Shown: in pieces, positions 11,001 through 17,581 of the stretch
How positions within the stretch are numbered: the stretch's first letter is position 1
Layout: every line of letters starts with the position of its first letter
Origin: Bacteroidota bacterium
GTDB taxonomy: Bacteria; Bacteroidota; Ignavibacteria; Kapaibacteriales; NICIL-2
Length of the DNA: 64,000 nt
Reading direction: 5' to 3'
Assembly (NCBI GenBank): GCA_019695345.1
Contig: JAIBAE010000012.1
Coordinates: forward strand, 3,732 to 67,731
Position numbers and translations under genes: made by a program
Notes under the pieces: generated by a model
Databases searched by the model: none
Seen by the model: only the letters and a program-made list of their open reading frames with translations
Told to the model about the DNA's origin: nothing

Positions 11001-13330
11001 ACGATAACTCAGCAAGTCAACTACGCTTTTACGAAGCAAACTCAACGGCAAGCGGTGTATTCCCTCCAAGTGCTATAAACTTCACTGCCTTCAGAGCAGG
11101 GGTGCAATCTGCAGATATCACCTACACATTGCCAACCACAGCACCAACAGCAGGACAGGTTCTAAGCTCCGATGCAAGTGGTAATATGAGCTGGACTACG
11201 GCAGGCGGTCTAACCAACTTCACCGAGTCTGTCAATACCTCTGCACCAAATACAACTGTTCCAGTTGTTCGATTGATAGCAACGAATGCGGCGACAGACG
11301 TTGACATAGCGCTTACGCCTAAAGGAGCAGGTGCGCTAACAGCACATGTGGCAGACACTACATCAACAGGTGGTAATAAACGTGGGCAATATGCAGTAGA
11401 TTGGCAATTGGGTCGGACTTCAGCAAGCCACGTGGCAAGCGGAATTTCCGGAACTATTTCTGGCGGTTTTGATAACACGGCTAGTGGTAATAACTCTACC
11501 GTATCTGGTGGCTATGCCAATACGGCTAGTGGTAATAACTCAACCGTATCCGGTGGCTATGCCAATACGGCTAGTGGCGTATACTCTATCGTACCTGGTG
11601 GGTATTTAAACACAGCAAGCGGTCAAAGTTCAACAGTATCTGGAGGCTTTTTTAATCTGGTAAACGGTGATAATGCTACTGTAGCTGGTGGTCGCGGGCT
11701 AACATTGGACGCAAATGCAGATGGCTCCTTCGGATTCCTCGGGAATAATTCGTTTGGTTCAAACAACATGACCATCAACACCGCTAACACGGCAACTTTT
11801 GGCAATACCGACGTATGGCTTGCAAACAACGACAACTCAGCAAGTCAACTACGTTTCTACGAGGCAAACTCAACGGCAAGCGGTGTATTCCCTCCAAGTG
11901 GTATAAACTTCACTGCCTTCAGAGCAGGAGTTCAATCTGCAGATATTACTTACACCTTGCCAACTACCGCCCCAACAGCAGGACAAGTTCTTAGCTCGGA
12001 TGCAAGTGGTAATATGAGCTGGACTACGGCAGGCGGTGGTTTAACCAACTTTACCGAATCAGTGAATACCTCGGCACCTAATACAACCGTACCAGTTGTA
12101 CGCTTACTTGCAACTAATTCGGCTACCAATATTGATATTGCTCTTTCACCAAAAGGTACTGGTGCATTAACAGCACAGGTTGCCGACGGCTCACATCCCG
12201 GTGGTAATAAACGCGGAGTAAATGCCGTGGATTGGCAGACAAGTCGTAATGCCCAGGTACAAGTAGCAAGTGGTGCTTACTCAACGATATCAGGAGGAAA
12301 CGCTAATACAGCAAGTGGTCTTCACTCAACGGTATCAGGAGGAAACATTAATACAGCAAGTGGCAATCAATCGGCTGTTTTGGGAGGAACCATTAATGTT
12401 GCAAGTGCTACTGGCTCGGCTGTTTTAGGTGGTTCTAATAATACAGCAAGTGGTACTAACTCAACTATACTAGGGGGCGTGGATAATACCGCCAACGGTT
12501 CTCTTAACCTTGTCTTTGGTAATTCTGTAGATCCAACAGTTACCGAGGATAGACGCGTTTATTTATTTGACTCTACCTATGCAGGGAAGATGGCATTTAA
12601 CCGTGAGTTTGTACCTTCAACTGATGTATGGACGGTGGGTATGGCAGGTGGAAACATGGGTAATGGTGCGCGCCTTACTACCGGTGGTACATGGACAAAC
12701 TCATCCTCCCGCACCTTAAAAGACCGCTTTACAAGTTTAGATTCAGCAAGTATATTAAGCAAGATACGCGCTATGGATTTACGCGGCTGGTATTACAAAG
12801 GATTAAACGAGTATCACATTGGTCCTTTTGCTGAAGATTTCCAAACGGCATTCGGAACCGGTACTTTGGATAATCCCGAAAACAACAAAACACTTGCTTC
12901 TTTAGATGTCTCCGGTGTGGCATTATATGCTACTCAACAACTTATCAAACAAAACGAAGCACAAGCGAACGAAATCAATGAGTTGAAAGAACGTTTAGCC
13001 CGTTTGGAAAGCAAAGAAGGTGTAGCACCTACAACTCAAGCGCAAGCAACAATAGTTGGCGAACAACTTGTACGTATCACTTCAATTGTTCCAGACCCGG
13101 CATCATCAAGTATAGTTGTAAAGTTCCATACCGAATTACGTGGTAACGTAACACTTCGCATTGCAAGTTCAACAGGCGAAACACATACAGTTGTATTAGA
13201 TAACGTACCAATGAACAAAGGTGATTACGAACTTGAAGTGAATGTTCAGGATTATACCAACGGATGGTACGTGGCAGATGTACGCGTTGAGAATACCTCG
13301 ACTACACGGTTGTTCAGGGTTATGCACTAA
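2054..13330 (+). CDS. Giant repeat-built, T9SS-sorted fibre/adhesin-like surface protein (~3,758 aa from ATG 2054)
   Basis: One uninterrupted ORF. It has the signal peptide MQRLFTYTVVLIFCLLC, three classes of tandem repeats, YadA-head-like SGGxxNTASG motifs, tail-fibre-like ANGGTGxTTAxxARxNLGLG motifs, an S74-like chaperone module and a C-terminal T9SS sorting domain. Confidence 0.92.
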   Translation: MQRLFTYTVVLIFCLLCTTQVVVSGIPNTLSYQGVLTNNLDEPYPDGSYTITFSVYDANTGGTVLWSETQSVQTKLGVFDAMLGVKTPIDLLFDKPYWLGITVQGQQELSPRLALVSSPYSFNSVRATVADSVSPTAGGVVRQLNGMSGNLTIVGDGTTTVTQSGNTITIKTLQLGVQRIESVDNALVVTNPDGPTTTLSLKDSAITSNKIAAGVIPTTLPPSGTAGGDLTGTYPNPTVGNGAITNTKLATNAVGTTNIQDASVTTPKLADASVTSTKLAAGVIPISLPPSGAAGGDLTGTYPNPTVAAGAITNTKLANGAVDNSKLAVNAVGTTNIQDASVTGTKIAQGGATTGQTLVWNGTAWVPQTPSISGTAGGDLTGSYPNPTVGNGAITNSKLGTNAVGTTNIQDASVTNAKLAAGVIPTSLPPSGAAGGDLTGTYPNPTVGNGAITNTKLAANAVGTTNIQDASVTSAKLAAGVIPTSLPPSGAAGGDLTGSYPNPTVGNGAITNSKLATNAVGTTNIQDASVTSTKLAAGVIPTSLPPSGTAGGDLSGTYPNPTVANGAITNGKIASNAIGTSNIQDASVTTPKLADASVTSTKLAAGVIPTTLPPSGTAGGDLTGTYPNPTVGNGAITNTKLATNAVGTTNIQDASVTSAKLAAGVIPTTLPPSGTAGGDLTGTYPAPTVAAGAITNAKLATNAVGTTNIQDASVTTPKLADASVTSAKLATGVIPTTLPPSGTAGGDLTGTYPNPTVGNGAITNTKLATNAVGTTNIQDASVTTPKLADASVTSAKLATGVIPTTLPPSGTAGGDLTGTYPNPTVGNGAITNSKLATNAVGTTNIQDASVTSTKLAAGVIPTSLPPSGTAGGDLSGTYPNPTVANGAITNGKIASNAIGTSNIQDASVTTPKLADASVTSTKLAAGVIPTTLPPSGTAGGDLTGTYPNPTVGNGAITNTKLATNAVGTTNIQDASVTSTKLAAGVIPTTLPPSGAAGGDLTGTYPNPTVANGAITNGKIASNAVGTTNIQDASVTSTKLAAGIIPTSLPPSGTAGGDLTGTYPNPTVGNGAITNTKLATNAVGTTNIQDASVTSTKLAAGIIPTSLPPSGTAGGDLTGIYPNPNVANGAITNTKIASNAVGTTNIQDASVTSTKLAAGVIPTSLPPSGAAGGDLTGSYPNPTVVNGAITNTKLATNAVGTTNIQDASVTSAKLAAGVIPTTLPPSGIAGGDLTGSYPNPTVGNGAITNSKLATNAVGTTNIQDASVTTPKLADASVTSAKLATGVIPTTLPPSGTAGGDLTGTYPNPTVANGAITNGKIASNAIGTSNIQDASVTTPKLADASVTSAKLATGVIPTSLPPSGTAGGDLTGTYPNPTVANGAITNTKIASNAIGTSNIQDASVTASKIAQNGATTGQVLKWNGTAWVASNDNGDTYTAGTGISIVGNTVSNTGDTDASNDITNTTSAGGDLTGTYPNPTVATGAITNTKLSTNAVGTTNIQDASVTASKIAQNGAATGQVLKWNGTVWVASNDNGDTYTAGAGISIVGNTVSNTGDTDASNDITNTTSAGGDLTGTYPNPTVASGAITNAKLATNAVGTTNIQDASVTASKLNQMGATSGQVLAWNGTSWVPAAAGGTGTVTSVNVSGGTTGLTASGGPVTGSGTITLAGTLALANGGTGSTTAAGARTNLGLGTLATLNTVGSTEITDGSITAADLNQMSATTGQVIKWNGSAWAPAADNGQTYTAGTGISIVAGVVTNTGDTDASNDITNTTSAGGDLSGTYPNPTIAANAVTTTKIADGSVTAAKLNQMSATSGQVLAWNGTTWAPAAAGGTGTVTSVDVSGGTTGLTTSGGPVTGSGSITLGGTLAVANGGTGATTASAARSNLGLGTLSTLNTVTSSEITDGTIAAADLNQMSATSGQVLKWNGTAWAPAADNSGGLTNFTENRNTTAPNATVPVHQFIATGTETNIDIALSPKGTGALTAHVADNAITGGNKRGQYATDLQRDRWANTQVASGDNSIVSGGYANTASGLYSTVSGGANNTASNGYSTVCSGYLNVTSGQYGVISGGAKNNISNVYSAISGGYGLRLSGLGSWGFNGVNGFADSAFISADRTAYFGNVDMWLGNTDGTARQLRFYEAQTADGAFPATGTNFTAFKAAAQTADITYTLPSTAPTAGQILSSDASGNMSWTTAGGGLTNFTESVNTSAPNTTTPVVRLLATNAATNVDVALTPKGTGALTAQVADNTATGGNKRGTNAVDWQAYRTSANQVASGQYSTISGGGASRASGDFSTVSGGSGNIASGTGSTTSGGSTNTASGSFSTVSGGNFNTASASNSVVSGGYTNTASGTSSTVSGGFGNTAAGENSAIPGGKGLTLGVNASNSFGFLGNSSGSNNMTISSSNTATFGNVDLWLANNTSTASQLLFFEPNSTDSGAFPPAGINFTAFQAGAQTTNITYTLPTTAPTAGQVLSSDASGNMSWTTAGGGLTNFTESVNTSAPNTTVPVVRLLATNAATNVDVALSPKGTGALTAHVADNTATGGNKRGAGAVDWQTVRTGNTQVASGTNSVIVGGQNNTAFGEVSTVGGGSGNRANGNYATVTGGNTNYASSNYSTVGGGSLNNVTGQYSTISGGVSNTISSNNSAIPGGIGLTLGANNSFGFLATVSALDPMTINTANTATFGNTDLWLANNDNSASQLRFYEANTTTGTFPPTGINFTAFRAGVQSADITYTLPTTAPTAGQVLSSDASGNMSWTTAGGGLTNFTESVNTSAPNTTVPVVRLLATNAATNVDVALSPKGTGALTAHVADNTATGGNKRGTNAVDWQTNRAANTHVASGTHSVISGGEYNVASNSGTTVAGGHLNTSSGMYSNVSGGNGNTASGSFSVVSGGAGNIASGNWSAVLGGNSNTANGTYATVSGGYQNTVSGDHATVAGGRGLFLDVSATGSFGFLGGNAGSNNMTINTANTATFGNTDLWLANNDNSASQLRFYEANSTASGVFPPSAINFTAFRAGVQSADITYTLPTTAPTAGQVLSSDASGNMSWTTAGGLTNFTESVNTSAPNTTVPVVRLIATNAATDVDIALTPKGAGALTAHVADTTSTGGNKRGQYAVDWQLGRTSASHVASGISGTISGGFDNTASGNNSTVSGGYANTASGNNSTVSGGYANTASGVYSIVPGGYLNTASGQSSTVSGGFFNLVNGDNATVAGGRGLTLDANADGSFGFLGNNSFGSNNMTINTANTATFGNTDVWLANNDNSASQLRFYEANSTASGVFPPSGINFTAFRAGVQSADITYTLPTTAPTAGQVLSSDASGNMSWTTAGGGLTNFTESVNTSAPNTTVPVVRLLATNSATNIDIALSPKGTGALTAQVADGSHPGGNKRGVNAVDWQTSRNAQVQVASGAYSTISGGNANTASGLHSTVSGGNINTASGNQSAVLGGTINVASATGSAVLGGSNNTASGTNSTILGGVDNTANGSLNLVFGNSVDPTVTEDRRVYLFDSTYAGKMAFNREFVPSTDVWTVGMAGGNMGNGARLTTGGTWTNSSSRTLKDRFTSLDSASILSKIRAMDLRGWYYKGLNEYHIGPFAEDFQTAFGTGTLDNPENNKTLASLDVSGVALYATQQLIKQNEAQANEINELKERLARLESKEGVAPTTQAQATIVGEQLVRITSIVPDPASSSIVVKFHTELRGNVTLRIASSTGETHTVVLDNVPMNKGDYELEVNVQDYTNGWYVADVRVENTSTTRLFRVMH
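2650..6250 (+). repeat. Coding tandem array 1: ~19 units of 58 or 68 aa (174/204 nt)
   Basis: Unit is GVIPT(T/S)LPPSG(T/A)AGGDLTGTYPNPTVGNGAITNTKLATNAVGTTNIQDASVT(TPKLADASVT)S(T/A)KLAA. Includes a 476-bp perfect duplication (3551-4026 = 4511-4986). Confidence 0.9.
6250..7865 (+). repeat. Coding tandem array 2: ~100-aa and ~190-aa modules
   Basis: Repeated blocks ASKIAQNGATTGQVLKWNGTAWV...GDTDASNDITNTTSAGGDLTGTYPNPTV and GGTGTVTSV(N/D)VSGGTTGLT...ANGGTG(S/A)TTA..AR(T/S)NLGLGTL. Confidence 0.85.
7865..12500 (+). repeat. Coding tandem array 3: six ~0.78-0.87-kb modules
   Basis: Each module starts GGLTNFTE(S/N)xNT(S/T)APN (near nt 7871, 8646, 9518, 10337, 11208, 12038). It contains ..KGTGALTA(H/Q)VAD..GGNKRG.., runs of SGGxxNTASGxxS, and ..TATFGN(T/V)DLWLANN..ASQLRFYEA..ITYTLP(T/S)TAPTAGQ(V/I)LSSDASGNMSWTTAGG. 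Confidence 0.85.
12701..13020 (+). other. Peptidase S74-like intramolecular chaperone / tail-fibre C-terminal module inside the giant protein
   Basis: SSSRTLKDRFTSLDSASILSKIRAMDLRGWYYK...HIGPFAEDFQTAFG...ATQQLIKQNEAQANEINELKERLARLE resembles the S(D)xRxK...coiled-coil signature of endosialidase-chaperone domains. Recognised from memory, no HMM run. Confidence 0.6.
13061..13327 (+). other. T9SS type A C-terminal sorting domain of the giant protein
   Basis: The last ~88 aa (VRITSIVPDPASSSIVVKFHTELRGNVTLRIASSTGETHTVVLDNVPMNKGDYELEVNVQDYTNGWYVADVRVENTSTTRLFRVMH) have the typical Por_Secre_tail beta-sandwich pattern. Confidence 0.7.
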
Positions 13331-13331
13331 T

Positions 13332-14324
13332 ATGAACAGGAACACAACCATGCAAAAGATTCCCCAATCCCCAAAACCATCATCCACTCCCCTTTTGCAC
13401 CTAAAGGGGAGATGGTGGTTGGTATATACTGCAGTTATTAGTTTGATGTTGTTCTGTTCAGCAACAAGTTACTCGCAAGCGGTAATACGCAGGCAAGTAA
13501 TAGCAAATGCAGGCGGTACTTCAACATCAGCGCAAACAACAATTCGTGGTACGGTAAGCCAAACTGCTATTGGCAGAATAGCACCATCAAACACACAACA
13601 CAATGCCGGATTTTGGTATGGCGTGCAAAGCTGGTTTAGCAACAACAACTTTGCCGCACTAATTGTTATCCCAAAAGTAACAGGAAGTATTGGCAATACG
13701 GTTTCGGTGCCGCTTATTCTGCAACAGTCCAAAAACCTGTTGCAAACATCAGCACGGAACTTCGAGGCAGTTGTGCGGTTTAATGCCACCATGCTGGAAC
13801 CCTCACAAACACAGGGTTACAAGCGTACAGGCGACATAGGCGAACTTACCGTTACCGGAGCAACCCAGGACTCTGCCGGTGTGCTTGCCACCATGAACTT
13901 TACTGCAAAGCTTGGCAATGCAGAAACAACGGCAATGGAAATAGTATCGTTCAGATGGTTGGAAACATCGCGCGTAAATATCAACACCGTTCATGGCGAG
14001 GTTGCACTGGATGGATATTGCCGCAATGGTGATACCGTGCGCCTTATTAAGCGTGGCATTACCGCAGGCATCATCAAAACATATCCCAACCCTGCACGTG
14101 AGTTCATAACGCTTTCGTGTTTGTTAAGCGAGCACGGCGAAACAGAAATCACGTTGGTTGATGTAACCGGTAAACTGCAACTACCGCTTACAACTATCAA
14201 CGCAGTTACCGGCGAGTACACACTTACGTTGGAGCTTCCCGAAACACTTGCAAACGGAGCGTATTTTTTGAATGTACGAACGCCATCGGAGTTGTTTAGC
14301 ACCAAGTGTGTGGTTAATCGCTAA
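13332..14324 (+). CDS. T9SS C-terminal-target-domain protein (secreted, function unknown)
   Basis: ATG at 13332 lies just after the giant-gene stop, so the ORF-track start at 13242 would overlap. The C-terminus YPNPAREFITLSCLLSEHGETEITLVDVTGK...GAYFLNVRTPSELFSTKCVV is a classic T9SS CTD. Confidence 0.8.
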   Translation: MNRNTTMQKIPQSPKPSSTPLLHLKGRWWLVYTAVISLMLFCSATSYSQAVIRRQVIANAGGTSTSAQTTIRGTVSQTAIGRIAPSNTQHNAGFWYGVQSWFSNNNFAALIVIPKVTGSIGNTVSVPLILQQSKNLLQTSARNFEAVVRFNATMLEPSQTQGYKRTGDIGELTVTGATQDSAGVLATMNFTAKLGNAETTAMEIVSFRWLETSRVNINTVHGEVALDGYCRNGDTVRLIKRGITAGIIKTYPNPAREFITLSCLLSEHGETEITLVDVTGKLQLPLTTINAVTGEYTLTLELPETLANGAYFLNVRTPSELFSTKCVVNR

Positions 14325-14462
14325 CACGCAAAGGCGCAGAGTAAGCAACGTTGCTAAGTCGTTCTGGTGTGTTAAAACGTGTTGACTGATGTGGAGTATG
14401 CAAAGGTGTAAAGTTCTTGTTAAGTACATCATTGTTGGGTAGAAGAAAGATGGTTGTGATTC

Positions 14463-14514
14463 GGTTGCGCGCCGAAGCAAGCCGTACAGCGCGCAAACCC
14501 GGTGCGAGCCGTGC
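14463..14514 (+). repeat. GC-rich intergenic element, forward copy (pair 1, left)
   Basis: GGTTGCGCGCCGAAGCAAGCCGTACAGCGCGCAAACCCGGTGCGAGCC. Same family as 38590, 50238 and 61333. Confidence 0.65.
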
Positions 14515-14528
14515 ATTTCTGCGGCGCA

Positions 14529-14591
14529 GGAACGGATTGTTCCCGCCCGTGTGACGGCGCAGTATGCGTTGCTGCGGCAGGTGTGGGTTCC
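14529..14591 (-). repeat. GC-rich intergenic element, reverse copy (pair 1, right)
   Basis: The reverse complement GGAACCCACACCTGCCGCAGCAACGCATACTGCGCCGTCACACGGGCGGGAAC aligns with the copy at 38590. It is separated from the left copy by ~15 nt. Confidence 0.65.
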
Positions 14592-14630
14592 ATATATAAT
14601 TTACTAATCGTACATTTACGATAGACACTC

Positions 14631-16670
14631 ATGAAGATTCTATTATATATAAGTTGTTTTGTTACATTCTTTAATGTTCTTGTTGCGCAAAACGGTGATT
14701 CGGCTGCGTGTTACCCCGAGGTGCGTTGGAAGGCAGGCGCAGAGGCAGGATATGTACGTGCCATGCACAATGTAGCGTTTTCGGCTTTGCCCGGTATGTT
14801 TAGTTGTAACCCCGGGTTTGAGGGTGGTAATGGTTCGGGTTTGCGTGCCGGTGGTTTTTACTCGATGATATTGGATTCGTATTGCAAACACCGTTGGTTG
14901 TTTACGCTTGGTGTGGATATTCAGCGTGTAAGTTCTGCATTCACCCGCACAGAAAACATTGTGATTGACAACGATGGACTTGCCGTTGCAACCGATGAAC
15001 ACCGCTTGAACACTACGTTGTTGCAAGTTGGTATTACACCCTCGGTGCAATGGTACCCTATTGATAATGTGTTTGTACGTGTTGGGATGAACGTTGCGCG
15101 CACATTGCAGAGTTCGTACACAACCAGCGAGGCATTGATTACGCCAAGTAACGTATTGTTTGAGAATAACCTACGCACGCGGAATGTTTCGGAAGGAAAT
15201 ATAGCATCGCTCTCGGCATTGTTTGCATCGGCACAGGTTACACTTGGGTACGAGTTCCCTCTCTCGGTGGATGGTGCCTATAGTATCACACCTTTGGTGA
15301 TGTATTCGTATGGCATAAATAATAACGTTGCTACTCCCGACCCATGGAAAACAAATGTTGTATCGGTTGGTTTGCAGTGGTCGTTTGCATCGTTGTATTA
15401 CCCGCCACCACCTCCACCACCGCCACTACCGGAGTTGAAGAATGTTCCTGTTGCGCCGGTTGTTGTCGTTACAAAACCAATTGAATTGAAAGCACCAAAG
15501 CGTGCATTAAACGTGGGTGTTACATCGAAAACGATTGACACGAGGGGCAACGAAGTACAAGCGGATAAGTTAGAGATTTATGAGATTGTGCAGGTTACTA
15601 CGCATCCGTTGTTGAACTATGTATTTTTTGATAGTACACAAAGTATGTTGCACCAACGCTATGTTGCACTGGATTCATCGCAAACACTATTGTTTGACTT
15701 TAAGCAGTTTAATAATGTTGGTACGATGGAAACATACAGCCAGATATTAAACATTATTGGTAAACGGTTGCGCGATACACCAAAAGCGAACATTACATTA
15801 ACAGGATGTAATGCGGATATTTATTCGGAGTTGAATGCTATGGAGTTATCCAAAGCACGGGCACAACGTATTGCAGAGTACTTACAGAATGTGTGGGGTA
15901 TTGCAAAAGAGCGAATTATAGTGCAAGCACGAGACTTGCCGGAGAAACCATCGCGTAATACCGTGCTTGATGGTGCCGATGAAGACCGACGTGTTGAGTT
16001 TAGTTCCAATATTGCGGACATAGTTAAACCAATTATTACCTACGATACAATTTATACAACAGCCAATGGTGTGCAGAGTATTGTAATACACCCCGATGTG
16101 AAATCGGAGGCGGGAGTGCTATCGTGGAGAGTGACGGTGAAACAGAAAGGCACTATAAAGAAAATCTATCAGGGCTCAGGCGAAATGCCAAGCAGCTTTG
16201 TGTATTTGTTAGACGAAGACAGTAAATTAGTGCCAAGAGTATCAGCTCCACTTGATATTGAAGTAGTGGTAACGGATAATGATGGAACTACAAGTATGGC
16301 TCGGAGTCAATCAATTCAGGTACAGATAACGAAAAGAACCGATCTTCAGCGCGAATTGTATAACTTAATATTGTTTGACTTTGGTCAGTCGAGTATTACC
16401 GGTATAAACCGCGCGACCGTTGATTTTATCAAGACACGTATTCAAGATAAGAACTCCGTAATGATAGAAGGATTAACCGACCGGGTAGGAGAAACCGACA
16501 TTAATAAACAGCTTGCGTTACGAAGAGCACAGTCTGTAGCAACGATATTAGGAATACCCGACCAAAACATAAAGGGAACAGGTGCGAGTGAGTTGTATAG
16601 CAATGATTTGCCTGAAGGCAGATTTTACTGCCGTACGGTAAAGATATTAATTGAACAAAAAGTAAAATAA
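14631..16670 (+). CDS. OmpA-family protein with N-terminal beta-barrel-like region, poly-Pro linker and two OmpA-like domains
   Basis: Signal peptide MKILLYISCFVTFFNVLVAQ and a PPPPPPPPLPE linker. OmpA-like segments LTGCNAD...LSKARAQRIAEYL...DRRVEF and IEGLTDRVGE...NKQLALRRAQSVATIL...GRFYCRTVKILI. Confidence 0.8.
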   Translation: MKILLYISCFVTFFNVLVAQNGDSAACYPEVRWKAGAEAGYVRAMHNVAFSALPGMFSCNPGFEGGNGSGLRAGGFYSMILDSYCKHRWLFTLGVDIQRVSSAFTRTENIVIDNDGLAVATDEHRLNTTLLQVGITPSVQWYPIDNVFVRVGMNVARTLQSSYTTSEALITPSNVLFENNLRTRNVSEGNIASLSALFASAQVTLGYEFPLSVDGAYSITPLVMYSYGINNNVATPDPWKTNVVSVGLQWSFASLYYPPPPPPPPLPELKNVPVAPVVVVTKPIELKAPKRALNVGVTSKTIDTRGNEVQADKLEIYEIVQVTTHPLLNYVFFDSTQSMLHQRYVALDSSQTLLFDFKQFNNVGTMETYSQILNIIGKRLRDTPKANITLTGCNADIYSELNAMELSKARAQRIAEYLQNVWGIAKERIIVQARDLPEKPSRNTVLDGADEDRRVEFSSNIADIVKPIITYDTIYTTANGVQSIVIHPDVKSEAGVLSWRVTVKQKGTIKKIYQGSGEMPSSFVYLLDEDSKLVPRVSAPLDIEVVVTDNDGTTSMARSQSIQVQITKRTDLQRELYNLILFDFGQSSITGINRATVDFIKTRIQDKNSVMIEGLTDRVGETDINKQLALRRAQSVATILGIPDQNIKGTGASELYSNDLPEGRFYCRTVKILIEQKVK

Positions 16671-16722
16671 GCAAACAAAAAACCACGTAGTAATAAACTG
16701 ATACTGAATACCGGAGAGTACA

Positions 16723-17568
16723 ATGAAGAAGAATGTAAAGAACAACGCAAAGAACAAGAACAACAAGCACCATAGTGAAATAACAGAAATGCAATCACTA
16801 TGTGAAGCGGCGGAGCATACCGTAACGCTAAAAAGTAAGCGAGGGCTACAGGTACTTCTGGAGAAGATTATAGAAATGGCAAAAAACAGTACGAACTTGA
16901 ATGTACAACTGCGTGGGTATAAATGTGCTATGGAAACATACGAGGCAATTGAAGATTATGAGAAAGCACTTGAGTATTGCAAACCATATTACGATGCAGA
17001 AGCACAATTGCAAAGGGAAGAAGCAGAAGTAAAGATAAAAGAGTTAGAAAAAGAATTAAACCTGACTGAGTTACAACACAATATGGAATTAGAGAAGTTA
17101 AAAACAGAAGAATTGCAGTTAGAACTGGAAAGTAAGAATAACGAGCTTTCTACACTTGCACTTGCCTTAGCACAGAAGAATGAGTTACTTGCACGTATGC
17201 AAACACAATTATTGGTAGCACAGGAAACAGTGCGCAGAAAGAGTGAGAAGGAAGCGTTGGAACAATTGAAAACACAAATCACCTCGTTTTTATCGTCGGA
17301 GAAATCGTGGTATATGTTCGACCAACAGTTTAAGACCATTCACCATGATTTTGTGCAGAAGCTATCGGCGAAATATCCGCAGCTATCCCCCATTGAGTTA
17401 CGTGTGTGTGCATTACTGAAGGTAAACTTAAACTCTAAGGAGATTGCAGATATTCTTTGTGTGGAAACAAAGTCGGTGGAGATGTATAGATTTAGAATAC
17501 GGAAGAAGATTGCGTTGAGTACAACGATAAATCTCAGTAATTTTCTAGGTACTATATTTCTTGATTAA
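16723..17568 (+). CDS. Coiled-coil LuxR-type HTH transcriptional regulator
   Basis: C-terminal LSPIELRVCALLKVNLNSKEIADILCVETKSVEMYRFRIRKKIAL is a LuxR/GerE-type HTH. The central part is a heptad-rich coiled coil. Confidence 0.75.
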   Translation: MKKNVKNNAKNKNNKHHSEITEMQSLCEAAEHTVTLKSKRGLQVLLEKIIEMAKNSTNLNVQLRGYKCAMETYEAIEDYEKALEYCKPYYDAEAQLQREEAEVKIKELEKELNLTELQHNMELEKLKTEELQLELESKNNELSTLALALAQKNELLARMQTQLLVAQETVRRKSEKEALEQLKTQITSFLSSEKSWYMFDQQFKTIHHDFVQKLSAKYPQLSPIELRVCALLKVNLNSKEIADILCVETKSVEMYRFRIRKKIALSTTINLSNFLGTIFLD

Positions 17569-17581
17569 CTTGTTCGTAAAA

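Noticed and set aside
2650-12500. Highly regular tandem repeats that could superficially suggest a CRISPR array or satellite
   Set aside because: The units are 174-870 nt, contiguous without unique spacers, in frame, and translate to conserved protein modules. They are coding repeats.
2697-12762. About 35 ORFs of 60-180 aa, mostly antisense, inside the giant gene (e.g. 3802-4005, 4762-4965, 8881-9429, 10249-10755)
   Set aside because: They are repeated copies of each other, produced by the repeat structure and low stop-codon content of the opposite strand. The sense frame is a single uninterrupted 11.3-kb ORF with clear protein motifs.
2054-13330. Tail-fibre-like motifs and S74 module as evidence for a prophage
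   Set aside because: There are no capsid, terminase, portal or baseplate genes nearby. The protein has a Sec signal and a T9SS sorting domain, so it is a cellular surface protein that borrows fibre modules.
14314-14632. Minus-strand ORFs of 104 and 67 aa between the T9SS protein and the OmpA gene
   Set aside because: They are read-throughs of the GC-rich inverted repeat pair (Arg/Pro/Ala-rich, no start context). The same applies to the N-terminal extension of ORF 61684-62892.
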